Below, piece by piece: positions 12,579 through 25,799 of a stretch of 64,000 bases of DNA (the first letter of the stretch is position 1; every line of letters begins with the position of its first letter). The notes beneath the pieces were generated by a model that made no database searches, was not told the DNA's origin, and saw only the letters and a program-made list of their open reading frames with translations. The stretch is from NCBI RefSeq assembly GCF_001447785.1, contig NW_015173763.1, forward strand, positions 62,001 through 126,000. The letters run 5' to 3'. This DNA comes from Gekko japonicus (taxonomy: Eukaryota). The translations under genes and the position numbers were made by a program.

Positions 12579-12947
12579 GTTCTCATTCACACTTGCTGGG
12601 AAACATGGGGGGGAGGCGTGGCTGTTTGCAGCGGCACACTTTGATCTGGTCAGACGCGATCAGATGGGAATCAGGTTTCAGTTCATCAGCACACGTTTTT
12701 GGCACACCACAACACAGTGAAAGGAGCTGCTGGAGCGATCAGACGGAGGATGTCCATCTGCGGCCCATCGCAAGTGTTAGCTACTGCACTTTCGCCGGTA
12801 GCTTTTAACTGTGGATCTTCAGCTGGACACGACGGGCTGGCAACGGGTGCACGATGCCTGCCAGATGTGCCCGTTTGATCACGCCCTTAAGATCCACCTG
12901 GCATCCGTAAGTATCCCACGGCAACTTCTATGTGTGATCGGAGCCCC
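12579..12947. mobile_element. PIF/Harbinger-like MITE
   Basis: Right TIR tgtgtgatcggagcccc, degenerate left end ttctcattcacac, CpG-rich body. Confidence 0.5.
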
Positions 12948-13164
12948 AGTAAGGAAGAGGCAGCCTAATCACATGCTTCATCAATCATCCTTATCAGTTC
13001 CAATGAGAGTCCATTATTTCTTTTCTTATCCATGGTAGACATGGACAATCAAAATTGTAAAGTATGAGAAGAGTGTCTCAATCCAATACCTTTTCTAGCC
13101 TTTCAGCAGCACAGTATCCATTCAGATTTGCCTGCTTTCCACAACACCTGTGTTTGAGCCCTAC

Positions 13165-13392
13165 CTGATTAAAACAATTGTGCCATTCAATAGCATCCTC
13201 ATTAATGGAGACTGCTTTGTCCAGTGGGCCATGGGGATCCATCTTCCCAACTTTCATTCTAACAATAGACTGGTTTGGGTAAGTGACCCAGTTGATAACA
13301 TCAAATCCAGCTTCAATTTCCCCATTCTGGTCAAAGGAAATCTTATCTCCAGCACTGTTATTAAACTTTATATATCTCAGAAATTGGTGGAG
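13165..13392 (-). CDS. V2R gene B exon 4
   Basis: 228 bp, tag|CTC...CAG|gtaggg; LHQFLRYIKFNNSAGDKISFDQNGEIEAGFDVINWVTYPNQSIVRMKVGKMDP...WHNCFNQ. Not shown on the ORF track. Confidence 0.95.
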
Positions 13393-14147
13393 CTAGATAA
13401 AAATGAAAAACAGATTATGTAAGAAAAGATGCCAGAGAAATATGGTCATAGTTATTCCAGAAGTATGTAGTGAGAGTTCCATCTTGCATATAACAAGATA
13501 AAAAAGGAGACGAGCCATTCTGTTTCTTGAAGGGAAGATGTCTGATCATAAGATACATCATTAATCGAAGGAAATGCAGATGTCCAGTGCTCTGTAGAAA
13601 ATCCAGAAATTAAAACATAACAAGGAATTCCTAAAGGATTTGTATGATTTTAGAAACAAACTGCAGGGGAAATATAGGTAAGAAGACTTTCAGAAACATC
13701 CCTAAATGTATGTTTGTTGCTACTACAATTCTTTTTGTGTGGTTTGCTATGAATACAAAGGAATACATGTGAACATTAGTAGACCACCACACAAAAAGAA
13801 TCTTAGGTAATCATGATATTGATGTTGTTGCAAGTTAACCAATAGTATTTGGGTTCATGGTACAGAATGTTTGAGTAATGGTTTTCAATAGCACTGAATT
13901 ATTTTAGGGGATGACAGAGCTCTCAAATATTAGACCTTGGACAAGCTGTAGAGCTGAGGGTTGGAGGCAGATGTATGTGTGTGTAAAGAAATAGAAGGAT
14001 GAATATGGAGGGCTGGATCCCACTGAGTCATTCCACCAATGACACAAGAGAATCTTGTTAATTTGGAGCATCAAAACCTTGTAATAGTGGGGATTTAGAT
14101 GAGAATATTGACAGATTAACTTCCAATGATGACTTCCAATTAGCTTC

Positions 14148-14934
14148 TGTGACGACCTTATTCTGGAGGACTGGTTTCCTTTAAAAGTTCTCTTTTTATT
14201 CTGTTTATCTGGGTATAGACGGCTGCCACCAGGAAATTTTAAGGATTTCCAAACCTTTATACTTTACTGTTGCTCTTACCCTTTTGGTAGACCGAGTTCA
14301 AGGCTTACGAGGAACTATATGGTCCTGAGGAAGTATTTCTTTCAGAGCTGGTATACTTGAATAAAATATGAAATAATTCATAAATAAAAGGGTAGAACAA
14401 TGTAACTAGTAATGTGTAAATAATGAACAATTGCGTGGTGTATCACACACAATCTGCTCCTTTACTGACAGGGATCTTTTCATGTAACTTTGTATCACTT
14501 GTTTATCTCCATGCCATATAGGTTCACTGTCTCTTTCCAGTCTGTTATAACACCCAGACTTTACTATAACATTTCTTTACCTAAACTTTACGTTTTCATA
14601 GACTTAGCCCTCAGATCTCTTATCCTTTCTTTCAGAACAACCTCAGCTGCTCTTAACTGCTTCAACACAGAACTAACTTATTCCACACAGGTCTGCTTCT
14701 GACTTCCCCCACACACAGAACTCACTGAACTTATCAACTGTCCCCCTGTAACTGTCACTCCTAACTGACATACATACTCATCCACTCATTTTCACTTCCA
14801 AAACCCCTCCCCCTCTCTGTCAACCACCAAGCATACCACACTTGCTTCTCTCAACCACTCTAGTCTACTTACCACAGCCATGCAACCAAACTTTTAAAGA
14901 GACACACACACACCAAAAACAAGGAATCATTACA
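14148..14934 (-). mobile_element. Solo LTR (787 bp) with 5-bp TSD
   Basis: TGT...ACA termini; TSD gcttc at 14143-14147 and 14935-14939; minus-strand AATAAA near 14195-14200. Confidence 0.8.
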
Positions 14935-15584
14935 GCTTCCAATGATTATCTTCCATCTTGGTGAAAAATAGTAGATCTCCTACCTATATTGAAGTCACTA
15001 TCTAATTTATTAATGGTATTGCTTAGGAAAACATGGGCAGTATTTCTTTGTCAGTAATATCTTTGTAGCTGTACAGCTTTGTGAAGGAAGATAGGAACCA
15101 AAGATGGAACTAAAAGTGAGAATGCAGTGATGCCAGGAGCAAGCAGAATAGGAATCAGAAAAACCAAAACACCCCAAAATAATCCCTAGAAGTGAGTTCA
15201 CAGACATAAGGACAGAAAACAGGAAATGCTCTTTGGAAGCAAAGACTATTCATACTGGCTTACTACAATATAGCTTTAATGTAAAAGCTGTTAAAATCCA
15301 AAATTTACAGAAACAAAGCAACAATAATAAATGGAAGGCATTGCAAATTTATCAAAAATAACTAAATTCCCAAACCTAACTGAAACCAGAAAGTTTTTGA
15401 CTTTTTAGGAAACTCCAGTAAAGAGGGAGCCAAGTAAAAACCTTATGAAATAAGCTTGAGGTAAGCAACTGAGAAGGTCCATGTTCTCGCTGGCCCCAAT
15501 GTGCCCTCTAGATCTGTATTAGGATCTTCATGGGTTTTAAAACTATTTTAAATTATTGGGAAATTCAGATGGGAGGTTCATTAC

Positions 15585-16454
15585 CTGCCATGGCTGAAGA
15601 TTTGGAAGCTTTTTTCTCTTTCCTTCCATCATTGCTCTGCTAACCTTAGATGAATACAGAGCATTTACAGCATGAGCCACAGCATGGACAGCATTATAGA
15701 TGCTGTAGCTATGGCCAATCATGTTCATTTCCAGATAAGGCTGAGGTAGGTTTTCCAGTTTCTCCTCTCCAGTGCAGTTACCTATGTACTCAAATTGCCA
15801 AGAATTTCTCAGAAAAGAATTTGGGAACATACAGCCAAATGCGAGTGCCCAGAAGTCTTTGATAAAACCATCTTCTTTACTATCAGAAGGACTTCTGCTC
15901 TGAAGAAATTCTTGGAACCCTTGAACTTCATTGGAGTGAATGGCAAGAGATAATGCACCATCGAACAATTGTGTATCCCAATATGTTTGGCCAGGATATG
16001 ATTTCATTTCCATTTGGGCTGTAAGAATCCAAACTTCTCCTTTTGTCTTTTGTAGCATATCTTCAACTCTTGGCAAGCTTAGCAACATTCTGAAAATTAC
16101 CATGGACAGAGCATCTCCATATAAAATTGCAACATTGGCTTTGCTGTTCATAACTGTAGTATACACTTTCTCTGACCATTGCCCAATTTCTTTAAACTGA
16201 TTCTCCATACCAAAATTGTAGATTGTTTCTATGAAGTCAAAACAGATGCCATTCTTGGAAAATTCAGGAAGTATATTCTGCATGAACCATTCTAAATTTG
16301 CACCAACTCCACCAAAGAATCCAACCCATGTCCACTGGAAATGGAGAAGTAACTGCAGAATCCCCTTGAACTGGAGAGCTTCATTGGGAACCATTTGGTA
16401 TAAGGAAAGGATTTGGGTGCCTTCTGTCATCAGTGGAGCAGGCCCATAAGAGAA
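15585..16454 (-). CDS. V2R gene B exon 3 (Venus flytrap domain)
   Basis: 870 bp, tag|TTC...CAG|gtaatg; LYQMVPNE, LLLHFQWTWVG, CTGEEKLE and HSYSIYNAVHAVAHA motifs; frame open. Confidence 0.96.
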
Positions 16455-17092
16455 CTAATAATAAATTTGTTCATGTGGAAACAGAAATGCTTTCATCTTA
16501 GAAAAGAAATGTATGCATGTATGTAGGTGTTCAGTGGTGCCTTAGTAATGGAAAAAGTGTATGTTTGGTTCAAATGTTTTCTTGAGATTCTGCTATGATT
16601 ATTGAGTCCTGTATTCCTACAATAAATAGTATATCTTGTTCTTTTTAAGTATTTCAATTACATTTTGCAATTGATATCACAAGTCTGATCCATTCTTGAA
16701 TCAAAATTTGCCAATTGGCAGAATGTTAACTTGTACATTAACTTGCCCTACTTAAATTCCTTGACATGTAATCAGTAGGCATTTTGTTGAGTCTCTCACA
16801 CGGTAGCAGCTCCCAAATTAGTCTCCATGAGCACACACTTGATCTCTGAACAAAAGCTGGCTTGGAAATATATCAGTATAATGGAGGAGAATGACATCTT
16901 TCTTGCAAGACCTTTCCTGCCTTTTTTCCAAATTGAGATTGCTTAATCCAATCCTAAAGATATCTCTATTGGAACAATGATATTGACAGTAATAGATAGG
17001 GATCCATTAACAAATTAATCACTGACACACAATCCCAGCTGCCTTCTTTTAAATACAGAGATCCAGTGGACAAGATCAAGGAGAATGCTTGC

Positions 17093-17333
17093 CAGGGCTT
17101 TCTTTCTGGGGGAACGCACTGGAATGGAGTTCCAGAACCTCTTTGACAAAATTCTTTTTAAAATGTTTTAAAGTTCATGAGTTTTTAGTATACAGATTCA
17201 ATCAATCAAATTTATTGTTACAGTCAACGACCAGTGCACTCAATCATTTTACATAAAAACACTTGAAGAGTATACAGATTTAAAATTTTGTTTCCCTCTT
17301 GAGAGTTTTGGCACCTGTTTTTTAAAAGCCCTG
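17093..17333. mobile_element. hAT-like MITE containing a tiny LINE 3'-end insertion
   Basis: TIRs cagggcttt / aaagccctg. Inner ~70-bp insert flanked by agtatacagatt (17187-17198 and 17269-17280). The outer 8-bp TSD is not preserved. Confidence 0.55.
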
Positions 17334-18020
17334 CCTGTGGCTCCCAGAGCAGTCAGAGGCCTGCCCATCCCAAATTATGTCCTTACCTCATATACCCCTG
17401 CCACCTGTGGCTGCTGTTTCTGGTGATGGCGTCAGAGGCTGGCCAACTCACTTCCTTACCGTTGCCTTGCCTGCCCCTGCTGGTGCTAGTTGCCTTGTGG
17501 CAATGCTGTGGAGGGCAGCTGGAGATGCCCCTGATGCTAACTGATGGTTCCCTATCATTGTGGTGGAGAGGCATATTCAGGCAATGCTGGCAGAGGGCAT
17601 TGATTGGTGTGAGGGAGGCACTGATTGCTGTCCACCTCCAAGAATGCAACGAGACTGTTATACAAAAGAAGGATGGTGAAGTTGTGCCACAGCATCAACA
17701 GCCAGGGCAGTGGATAGGTGGGCACCAGGTGGCTCCAATGCTATCCCCAGCACAGGCCTCCAACATGGGGCTCAGGGCATACTGAAGACCATGGATATCA
17801 ACATCCATCAGCTTACTGTTAAAAACTATTTTCATCAGTGATGCAAGAGTCATTAACAATGTTTCTCTTCTGTTTGCATTCTAGGTTCACACCAAAAGTA
17901 TGGTCTGCCCTAATACATGAAATGCACCCATCTCTGTATTCAGAATGCAAAGTCATATTCAGAAAGGAAAAGAATTTAGGAATCACTTTTATATTTTCAT
18001 GTTCCAGACACGTATTTTAC

Positions 18021-18312
18021 CTGAGGAATCTTGTACATGCCCCAAACCTTTGGGATCAGATAGGAAGTTCCAGAGGCAAGACCCTCAATTACTGCAATTA
18101 GATTGTCCTGGATGTCACACCTGTAGTTTGGGACAAATCTATTCCAAGGGGAAAGAAGTTGCAGAGCAGCATGGTAGGCCCATCTTGGGTTCAAATAGGT
18201 GTCATAGATGCGGAAACCCAAGGTGAGGTTGGGCAAGAGCCTGGAATTGTCATTGATCTCCTTTATGGCAAATACCATGGCCAGGACATGCTGGTAGTTC
18301 TGAGTCATTGCA
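18021..18312 (-). CDS. V2R gene B exon 2
   Basis: 292 bp, cag|T GCA ATG...CCT CAG|gtaaaa; QNYQHVLAMVFAIKEIN...LLPNLTLGFRIYD...PNYRC...YKIPQ. Confidence 0.96.
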
Positions 18313-18739
18313 CTGTGAAGAGATTTGCATTATTTCTCAATAGCACATTATGGATTTTGGAATATTACATCCACTATTTTATATACCTTGTTCGCCTTTT
18401 TCAGTATTTGCATACCACATTTTGCAAGGCAGTCATTAAAAGTAAACATGGGGGGTGCTAAAGACATTGAACAATACAGCTCTTAACAAGAAAAAAACAA
18501 CACCCATACAGAGATGGGTTTCTGTTTCCATAATGGGAAAAATTGGCAAAAAAGCAAATAAATCAAAATACTTGGAAAGTAAGCAACACAGTGTTTCACA
18601 ACCTTAATGAATTCTTTCCATCGGTAGAATGATAAAGTCACTATTTCCTGGAATAATGCTTTTAGAAGAAAAAAATGCCTCTTCCAAGGCTTCAAAATCT
18701 AGGTTTGATCCTTCGGTTTTGACCTCGCGAACTTCATAT

Positions 18740-20170
18740 GGCACTATTATTTATTTATGGCATTTATAATCTGGCTTGGACTATACAATTGACAGGATGG
18801 GGTATTCCGTAATCAACACAATAGGATTAGGGTTCTAGAATCAATCAGAAATCTAAAAACAGAACTGAAACAAAGCATAAGTCTTAACATGACACATGAG
18901 TAAATGATACAGAAATTACATAGTAGGACCCGAGTTACAGTATAGAGATCTAATAATTTATCTAAGTAACTTTGTGAATAATTTAGTATGGTGCAACTCT
19001 ATGGCCTGCGTAGAAGAGCTCTCTTGAATGATTCAGTTTTGCATACTTTGCAGAAAGCCAGGAGAGTGGGAGCCTTCCTGACCTCCTTAGGCAGGCCATT
19101 CCATAAGTTGGGGGCCACAATGGAGCAGGCACATGTATGAGAAGTTGATTTTGCCCGATTTTGCCCGTTTGCAGGTTGGCACTTGCAGAAGACCTTGCTC
19201 TGAAGAGCAAAGCTGTCATGGTGATGTGTCAGAGGAGAGGCTGTCTTGCAGATATGAGGGTCCAAGGCCATGAAGGCCTTTGTATATAATAGTCAATACT
19301 TTAAACTGAGCCTGATAACTGATGTGTAACCAGTGGAATGACTGTAGACTGGGAGTAATATGCGTGCCCCATCTAGCTCCCGATAATTGCCGAGCCACAG
19401 CATTCTGCACCAACTGGAGTTTCCAAAGGAATTTTGAGGGAAGGCATTACAGTAGTCTAGTATGGATGTCACCAAAGCATGGATCCAGGCAGCCAGATCA
19501 GCTGTATCAAGGTAGGGGGGCATCTTTCGGGCTAGGCTGAGTTGGGAGAAAGCCTTTTTTGCAGCTGCATTAACTTGCTTCTCCAGCAATAGCACTGGGT
19601 CCAGTATAACATCAAGGTTCTTAACTGTGTCAGAAAAGGTCAACTGTACTCCATCAAAAGTGGGGAATACAATATCTTTCAAGACCTCTGCCTTCCCAAC
19701 AAACATTACCTCTGTCTTTTCAAAGTTTAGTTTTAGTTCATTCACTCATAGACAATTTACCACAGCAACCAAGCAGCAATTTAGGACTTGGATGTATAGA
19801 GCTGGGTATCATTTGCACATTGATGACAACCAACCCAAAAGCTACAAATTATTTGCCCTAAGAGCTTTACATAGAGATTGAAAAGTATGGGGAAAGGAAC
19901 TGAGCCCTGTGGAATGCCACAGGTCACGTCCCACACTGATGATAACTAGTTTCCATTCCAACAGCAACCCTTTGAATATGAAGAAAGAATTTGAACAATT
20001 TAATGGGCATCCTCTGATACCTATTCCTGCCTCCATCAGCAAGATGGTATGATTTCTTATATTTAAGACTGCAGAGAAGTCCAATAAAAGCAACAAAGAG
20101 GCATGGACTTTGTCTCCACAAAGACAGAGGTCATCAACTAAAGCTAGCAGAGCTGTCTCTGAGATTGTAG
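18740..20170 (-). mobile_element. L2 LINE 3' fragment, degenerate RT
   Basis: ETALLALVDDL, LKLNFEKTEVM, HALVTSILDYCN, VQNAVAR...HITPSLQSFHWL and APNLWNGLP fragments separated by frameshifts. Confidence 0.9.
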
Positions 20171-20459
20171 AGTAAAATTGCATTGCCCAGTTCCAAGCAG
20201 GCAGGTGAAGGGCCAGTGATGACCTTTATAAGCATCTCAGAGGTAACAAAGGAAATGCACCATTAAGATCTCTCTTGGTGTGCAACTTACTTGGCTTGGA
20301 GTGGAATACCTTAGCATAGGTCTGCAATGTTAAGACCTTGTAACAGAAACTCCCTCATGCATGCTGCAGCTTAAGCCTTACCATGTATTAGGCTGCTGGA
20401 GAATTTTAAAGAGATAGAGAGAAAAAACATAGGACAGGGAGAAAAGAACCATTTCTTAC

Positions 20460-20713
20460 ACAAAAGATTCATTTAATGGTCCCATAGGTGATTTGGTGAA
20501 GCTTTTTGGCATGGAGGTGAAAAAGGTATGATAAACCAGACCACCCAAAATGAGATCTCCTGGATGAAGATACTTGTGAAGAATATTGTGAGGATGCCAC
20601 ATTTTGCATTCAATGGTGTCGGCTTTACACACTAATGGTGGCAGCAGCAGCAACAGCAACAGTACCACTACCAGCACCCCAGGCGCAAATTTCCCCTTTA
20701 AGTGCATATCCAT
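20460..20713 (-). CDS. V2R gene B exon 1 (signal peptide); full gene 890 aa, intact
   Basis: ATG at 20713 (or 20707); hydrophobic VLVVVLLLLLLLPPLVC; HKYLHPGDLILGG; phase-2 donor GT|gtaaga. Exons sum to 2673 nt with no internal stop. Confidence 0.9.
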
Positions 20714-20900
20714 AATCACACAAGTGCCTAGATCTGAAAATGATCTCTCTATATAGATAGTCAAATGCATCAACAGAGTATGATGGAGTCCCCTGTGTCC
20801 TTGACCCCATCATGGTGCTGAATACTATGGAGACATATTTAAGTATTTGTTCATGATCTTTGTTATTCATTTTTGTTCTTGGCCACGGGAACACCTTAGG

Positions 20901-20950
20901 GAATTTAGAAAGTGGAAGACTTAATTACAGTCTTGACTGGTAGTTACAGG
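20901..20950 (-). promoter_or_regulatory. Conserved upstream motif, gene B
   Basis: cctgtaactaccagtcaagactgtaattaagtcttccactttctaaattc; 41/50 ungapped identity to 25556-25605. Confidence 0.5.
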
Positions 20951-21989
20951 GTAAATTAAGTGAGGGGATATTCTTTCTATCAGCTGCAATTGGTGCAGAA
21001 ATTATGTCCTTTCCTGAGTTCTGCCTATACTGATCTATGCCTTAGCAACCTTGAGACTGTACTATAACAATACAAACTTGACCGTGGAATCCTAGGGCTG
21101 CCCACAGCACAGAGACTGAGCACTGGCATAATCATGATGATGCTAGTCCACTCCCTATGGGCATTCTGCTGGGGGAAACAACAACATGCAACTCTTTGCA
21201 ATGCACAGACAGCATAGCATCCCTGGTACAAGAAATATACCCTCTTCCACCACCCCAAAGTAAAAGTAGAAAGGCAAAAAAAAGACATTAAATCACAGCC
21301 CCTGGCATTCAAGACCAGCCCCTGACTGAAGGGCCAGAAAGAGAGTTTCCAAGGAGGCACCCCACTGCAATATGTCACCACCAGTCACATAGGGCTAGCT
21401 AGGGAATATCACACAGACAGGCATGGCTGAAATGAAAAGGCACATGGATAGCATGGCTGAGGCTCCTGGTTTGATCCCCACATAGGAGGAAGAGAGAGAC
21501 AGACAAAAGTCCTGAGGCTGACTTTTGCCCTCACAAATGATATAGGAACAGGATGACCAGCCCTGGGAATTGTATATATTAATTTGTATACTTCAAATTT
21601 ACTTTAACAAAATAACAAGACAGATGGACAGAAAAGAAGAGAAAGGATCTCACAGCAGACATTGTTGGCTATTTAGTTGGGCTGAGGGAATTCCTACTCT
21701 TTCAAAAATATTCAATAGCTTGTGGACCAGGGTCTTAGCCAAGGCATTTCTTAAAAAAAAACTGCCCCTGGATAGCACATGGCATAGTCTATGAGAACTC
21801 ATATGTCAGTATGCCCTGCAGCTGACTTCTCTGAATGACCTATGGTATCAAGAGAGATCTTATCAGAGGAGGATGTTGACTATTGGTAATGGAATAAGGG
21901 GTCCTCCTGGTCTTCCAGCTTTCTAGAAGAGGGTGCCCCACTGGACTAGAACATCCCTTGGCTAAGATAAGGTCTTCAAAAGTTTCAAG

Positions 21990-23240
21990 ATATCACAATA
22001 TTTCACAGATCTGGATAAAATAATAAGAAAATTTGTATGGTATCCGAAAAAAGCAAGAATAAAATACTTCAGGATAAAAAAAGAAAGAGGTGGTTTCGGG
22101 TTACCAAATTGGGAATTATATTATCAAGCTATGGCTGCAACATGGATTAAAGACTGGATCCTATTAAACAACTCAAGACTCTTGAAACTAGAAGGACATG
22201 ATTTGAATATGTGTTGGCATGCATACATTTGGTACGAGAAAGATAGAGTACACTCAAATTTCCAACACCATATTCAATGAGGAGCCCTAGTAAAAATCTG
22301 GAGAAAATTCAAAGAAAATGCTACCTGAAAATACCTAGATGGGTCTCGCAGCTCGAAGCTTTTATAAAACCTACTCTTTTAACCAAGAATAAATAAGAAC
22401 CATATGAAGTATTATTAGATAAAAAGAATGAATGAAAAAGTATAGAAAATTTACAGATGTTGAATATTAATTTGACATGGTGGGAAAATGTACAATTGAA
22501 ATCGAGATTCAGTAAGGACAGTATAATCGGTTTTTACCAGACACATAGTGAACTAAATAAAATTTGGCTCTCCTCAAGTGATAAAATGATTCAGAAAGTA
22601 TATAATTTCGTATGAGAAGACTATATGCAAGATGAAATTGTTACATCATCCATGATTTCCTGGATGCAGGATTTAGGAGACAACATTGAGCTGGATGAGT
22701 GGGCCAAGATTTGGAAAGCAACAAAATATTTAAGATCAGTAGCATATAAAGAAAGCATATATAAAATATTTCACAGATGGTACTGGTAACCTGACAGAAT
22801 AGCTAAATGTAATGCAAATAATTCTAAGAATTGTTGAAAATGTAAAAACAATGTTGGATCCTTCTTCCACATGTGGTGGAAATGTAGGAATGTGCATAAA
22901 TATTGGTCCGACATTAAGAAGATAACACTAGAGATCACAAACATAAATCTAGAATTACTAGCAGAGATATACATATTAAATATAATACCAAACATGGTTA
23001 CGCAACATGACACCTATTTGCTAACAAATATGCAGCTAGAATACTAGTAGCCAGACATTGGAAAACCAATAAGTTACCCTCGAGATATGAGTTAAAGCAC
23101 AAATTGTTAGAGGCGGCAGAGATGGATAGATTAAATGTATTATTACAAGGAAAGGATGATACAATATTCCAGAAAAGATGGTCAAAAGTTTACCAATGGT
23201 TGGATAAGTAACTTGTATATAAGACTCTATATACATCGTG
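21990..23240 (+). mobile_element. L1 ORF2 3' fragment, degenerate
   Basis: RGGFGLPNWELYY, LEGHDL..WHAYIWY and C.KC....GSFFHMWWKC remnants with many stops; homologous to 36480-37700. Confidence 0.88.
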
Positions 23241-23312
23241 TGTATTTTTTTTGCCCCCCGTAGGGGGATTTTTTATTGCATTTTTCTGGGTGATTTTTTA
23301 TTGCATTTTTCT

Positions 23313-24495
23313 GGGTGAGCCCCTTCGAGATGGTGTCACCAGACTTCGAATACTGCTTTGATAGTGAGTAACTCTCTCTCTCATATGGTGTAGTTGCGTT
23401 CTGCTGATGTGAGTTGGCGGGAGTAGTATGCACAAGGCTGTAAAGGCTGGGTGGGGTTGTCTTGCTGAGAGAGGACGGCCCCTATGGCGACACGAGAGGC
23501 ATCTGATTCGACGGTGAAGGGGAGTCAGGGGTCCGGGTAGCGTAGCGATGGGCCAGAGGCAAAGCAAGTTTTTAGGGTGGTGAAGGCATGGTCTGCCTCA
23601 GGTGTCCATTGAAAGGGTTCTTTTGGCCGAAGTAGGCATGTCAAGGGTGTGGTTAATGCTGCATAGGATGGAATGAATTGGCGGTAATAATTGGCAAAGC
23701 CGAGGAGTCGTTGGCTGTCCTTTCGATTCTGAGGGGCTTGCCACTGAAGAATGGCTTCCACTTTCTTTGGATCCATCATGATTCCTCATGGTGACACGAT
23801 GTGGCCCAATAACAGATTTCAGGCACATTTTTCAAGTTTGGCGTAGAGTCCATGGGTTCAGAGGCGTTGGAACACTTGTTGTACATGCTCAGTATGCTGG
23901 GTCAAGGAGGCGGAGTAGACCAAGATGTCATCCAGGTAAATAATAATGAACCAGTCCAATAGATCTCGGAACACATCGTTCATGAAGCGCTGGAAGACTG
24001 CTGGAGCATTTGTCAAGCTGAATGGCATGACTAGATGTTCATATTGACCGTATCTGGTGCCAAATGCTGTTTTCCATTCATCACCGGCCTTAATGCATAC
24101 TACATTGTATGTACCTTGAAGGTAAAGTTTGGTGTAGATCTGTGCCCCTTTCAGATGATCCAGCAGTTCAGGGATCAATGGAAGCGGGTAACAATCTCGG
24201 ATTGTGATTTTATTCAGGGCACGATAATCATTACAACGGCGGAGATCCCCTGTTTTCTTCTTGACAAATAGGACAGGGGACGACAAGGGAGATGTAGAAG
24301 GCCGAATAAATCCGCGAGCCAGGTTTTTCTCATGGTAGTCCCGAAGGGTTGCCAGTTCAGGTTCTGCCATAGGATATAAGCGGCCCATGGGTAATGGAGC
24401 ATCTGGCAGCAGATCAATGGCACAGTCGTAAGGCCGGTGTGGGGGCAGTTGATCTGCCTCCTTTTCATCAAACACGTCTTTGCTGTGCACGAAGC
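23313..24495 (-). mobile_element. Ty3/Gypsy pol fragment (RT-RNase H)
   Basis: LPPHRPYDCAIDL, FVKKKTGDLR.C.DYRALN, EWKTAF, YLDDILVYS, LLGFANYYRQFI and [13 protein letters not shown]. Frameshifted; no LTRs. Confidence 0.92.
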
Positions 24496-25555
24496 TGTTT
24501 TTCAGTATTGCACTTGGAGTTGAATTGGCCCAGAATTCACTGGAAGCTCATGTGTTGATCTTGGCATTTAAATTAAAGCAAGAAATAAATAAAAACCCAA
24601 CCCTCCAATTAGAGGAAAGGGGTTTTATATTTTATTGAGAAAGGCCCTTATATGGGGAATTTGATAGTTAAGAATAGACTCCAATGGTTAGGATTTGATA
24701 ACAAAGATATGGACATCATAAAACAAATAAAGCCCTCATTACTGAATTTGGATAGAACAAGTCCATTATTGAGGGCGCAGCAGTCTTCCTTGGAGTTCCC
24801 TTCTCTGTGCTATCTTGAGCTACTTAAAAAACCCTATCAATTCCTCATTATAGAAAACCATTTATGCTCATTCAATTAAATTATTTCGTTCAGCTATAGA
24901 GGAAGGCCAATTTGCATACATAAACTGGTCCAGTTGTATTTCTGCTTGTAAAAGTGCTCTAGTCTAAACAGAAATGTTGCACTGGATCCAACCCATTCTG
25001 TTGGATCTTGACAGCTTTATAACTGAGCTTCACCCTGTACTTCTTAGAACAGCCTGTGTCCCACATGGCTTTTCTCCAGGCAGATGCCATGATCACCAGT
25101 TTTCGGGGTCAACCGGTCTGCCCTTAACTTATTTGGACTGGTGGAGGCTTCTGGCAGGATCATGCAGGGGTTACTTATGGCTGGAGCAACTATGGAAAGA
25201 TCCAACAGAAACCCCATTCAAGAGCAGGCAGCAAGCCGGACCTCTACCCAACAGTTAAAGGGGGATGTGGAGTAAGGGAGAAAGGGACTAAGGTGAGCCA
25301 GATCCTCTCCTCTCCCAAGGACTGAGGCTTTGTCTGCAACCCACTGCTAAAGGATGGTAGAGGGCAAGGCATCCCTGGGCTCCATCCTTCACAAGTTGGA
25401 GCCTGGCACTTAGTATGGACTCTTTTTTTTTAGTGGGTGGTAAACAGGGATCATTTCTTCTTTTCCCCCCCGCCACAGTTGAAAACTTCTCTTCAAACAA
25501 GACAAACATGTTATTCAGGAGAGCCTCAGGGAATACCCAACTTCAGCTACAAAAT

Positions 25556-25605
25556 CCTGTAGCTAACAAACAAGACTGCCATTAAGTCTTCCATTTGTTA
25601 AATTC
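25556..25605 (+). promoter_or_regulatory. Conserved upstream motif, gene C
   Basis: cctgtagctaacaaacaagactgccattaagtcttccatttgttaaattc; TATA-like tataaat near 25662. Confidence 0.5.
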
Positions 25606-25799
25606 ACTGGGGAGATCTAGTAGTCCATAAACAAATGAGTAGCAAAATTAGGGAAAGCAGGTATAAATATATTCTCGTATCATTCAGAACTATAGTAGGC
25701 TCATGGCTTCCAGCCTATCGGCAGACAGAATACTAATATCAAAGAGTTGTAATCATGTAGGTTTTCATGACACTGCTGTGGATACCAACAAGAGCATCT

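Noticed and set aside
17383-17785. Leucine-rich 120-aa ORF and other short ORFs antisense to V2R exons or inside MITEs
   Set aside because: No recognisable domain or splice context; best explained as chance or shadow frames.
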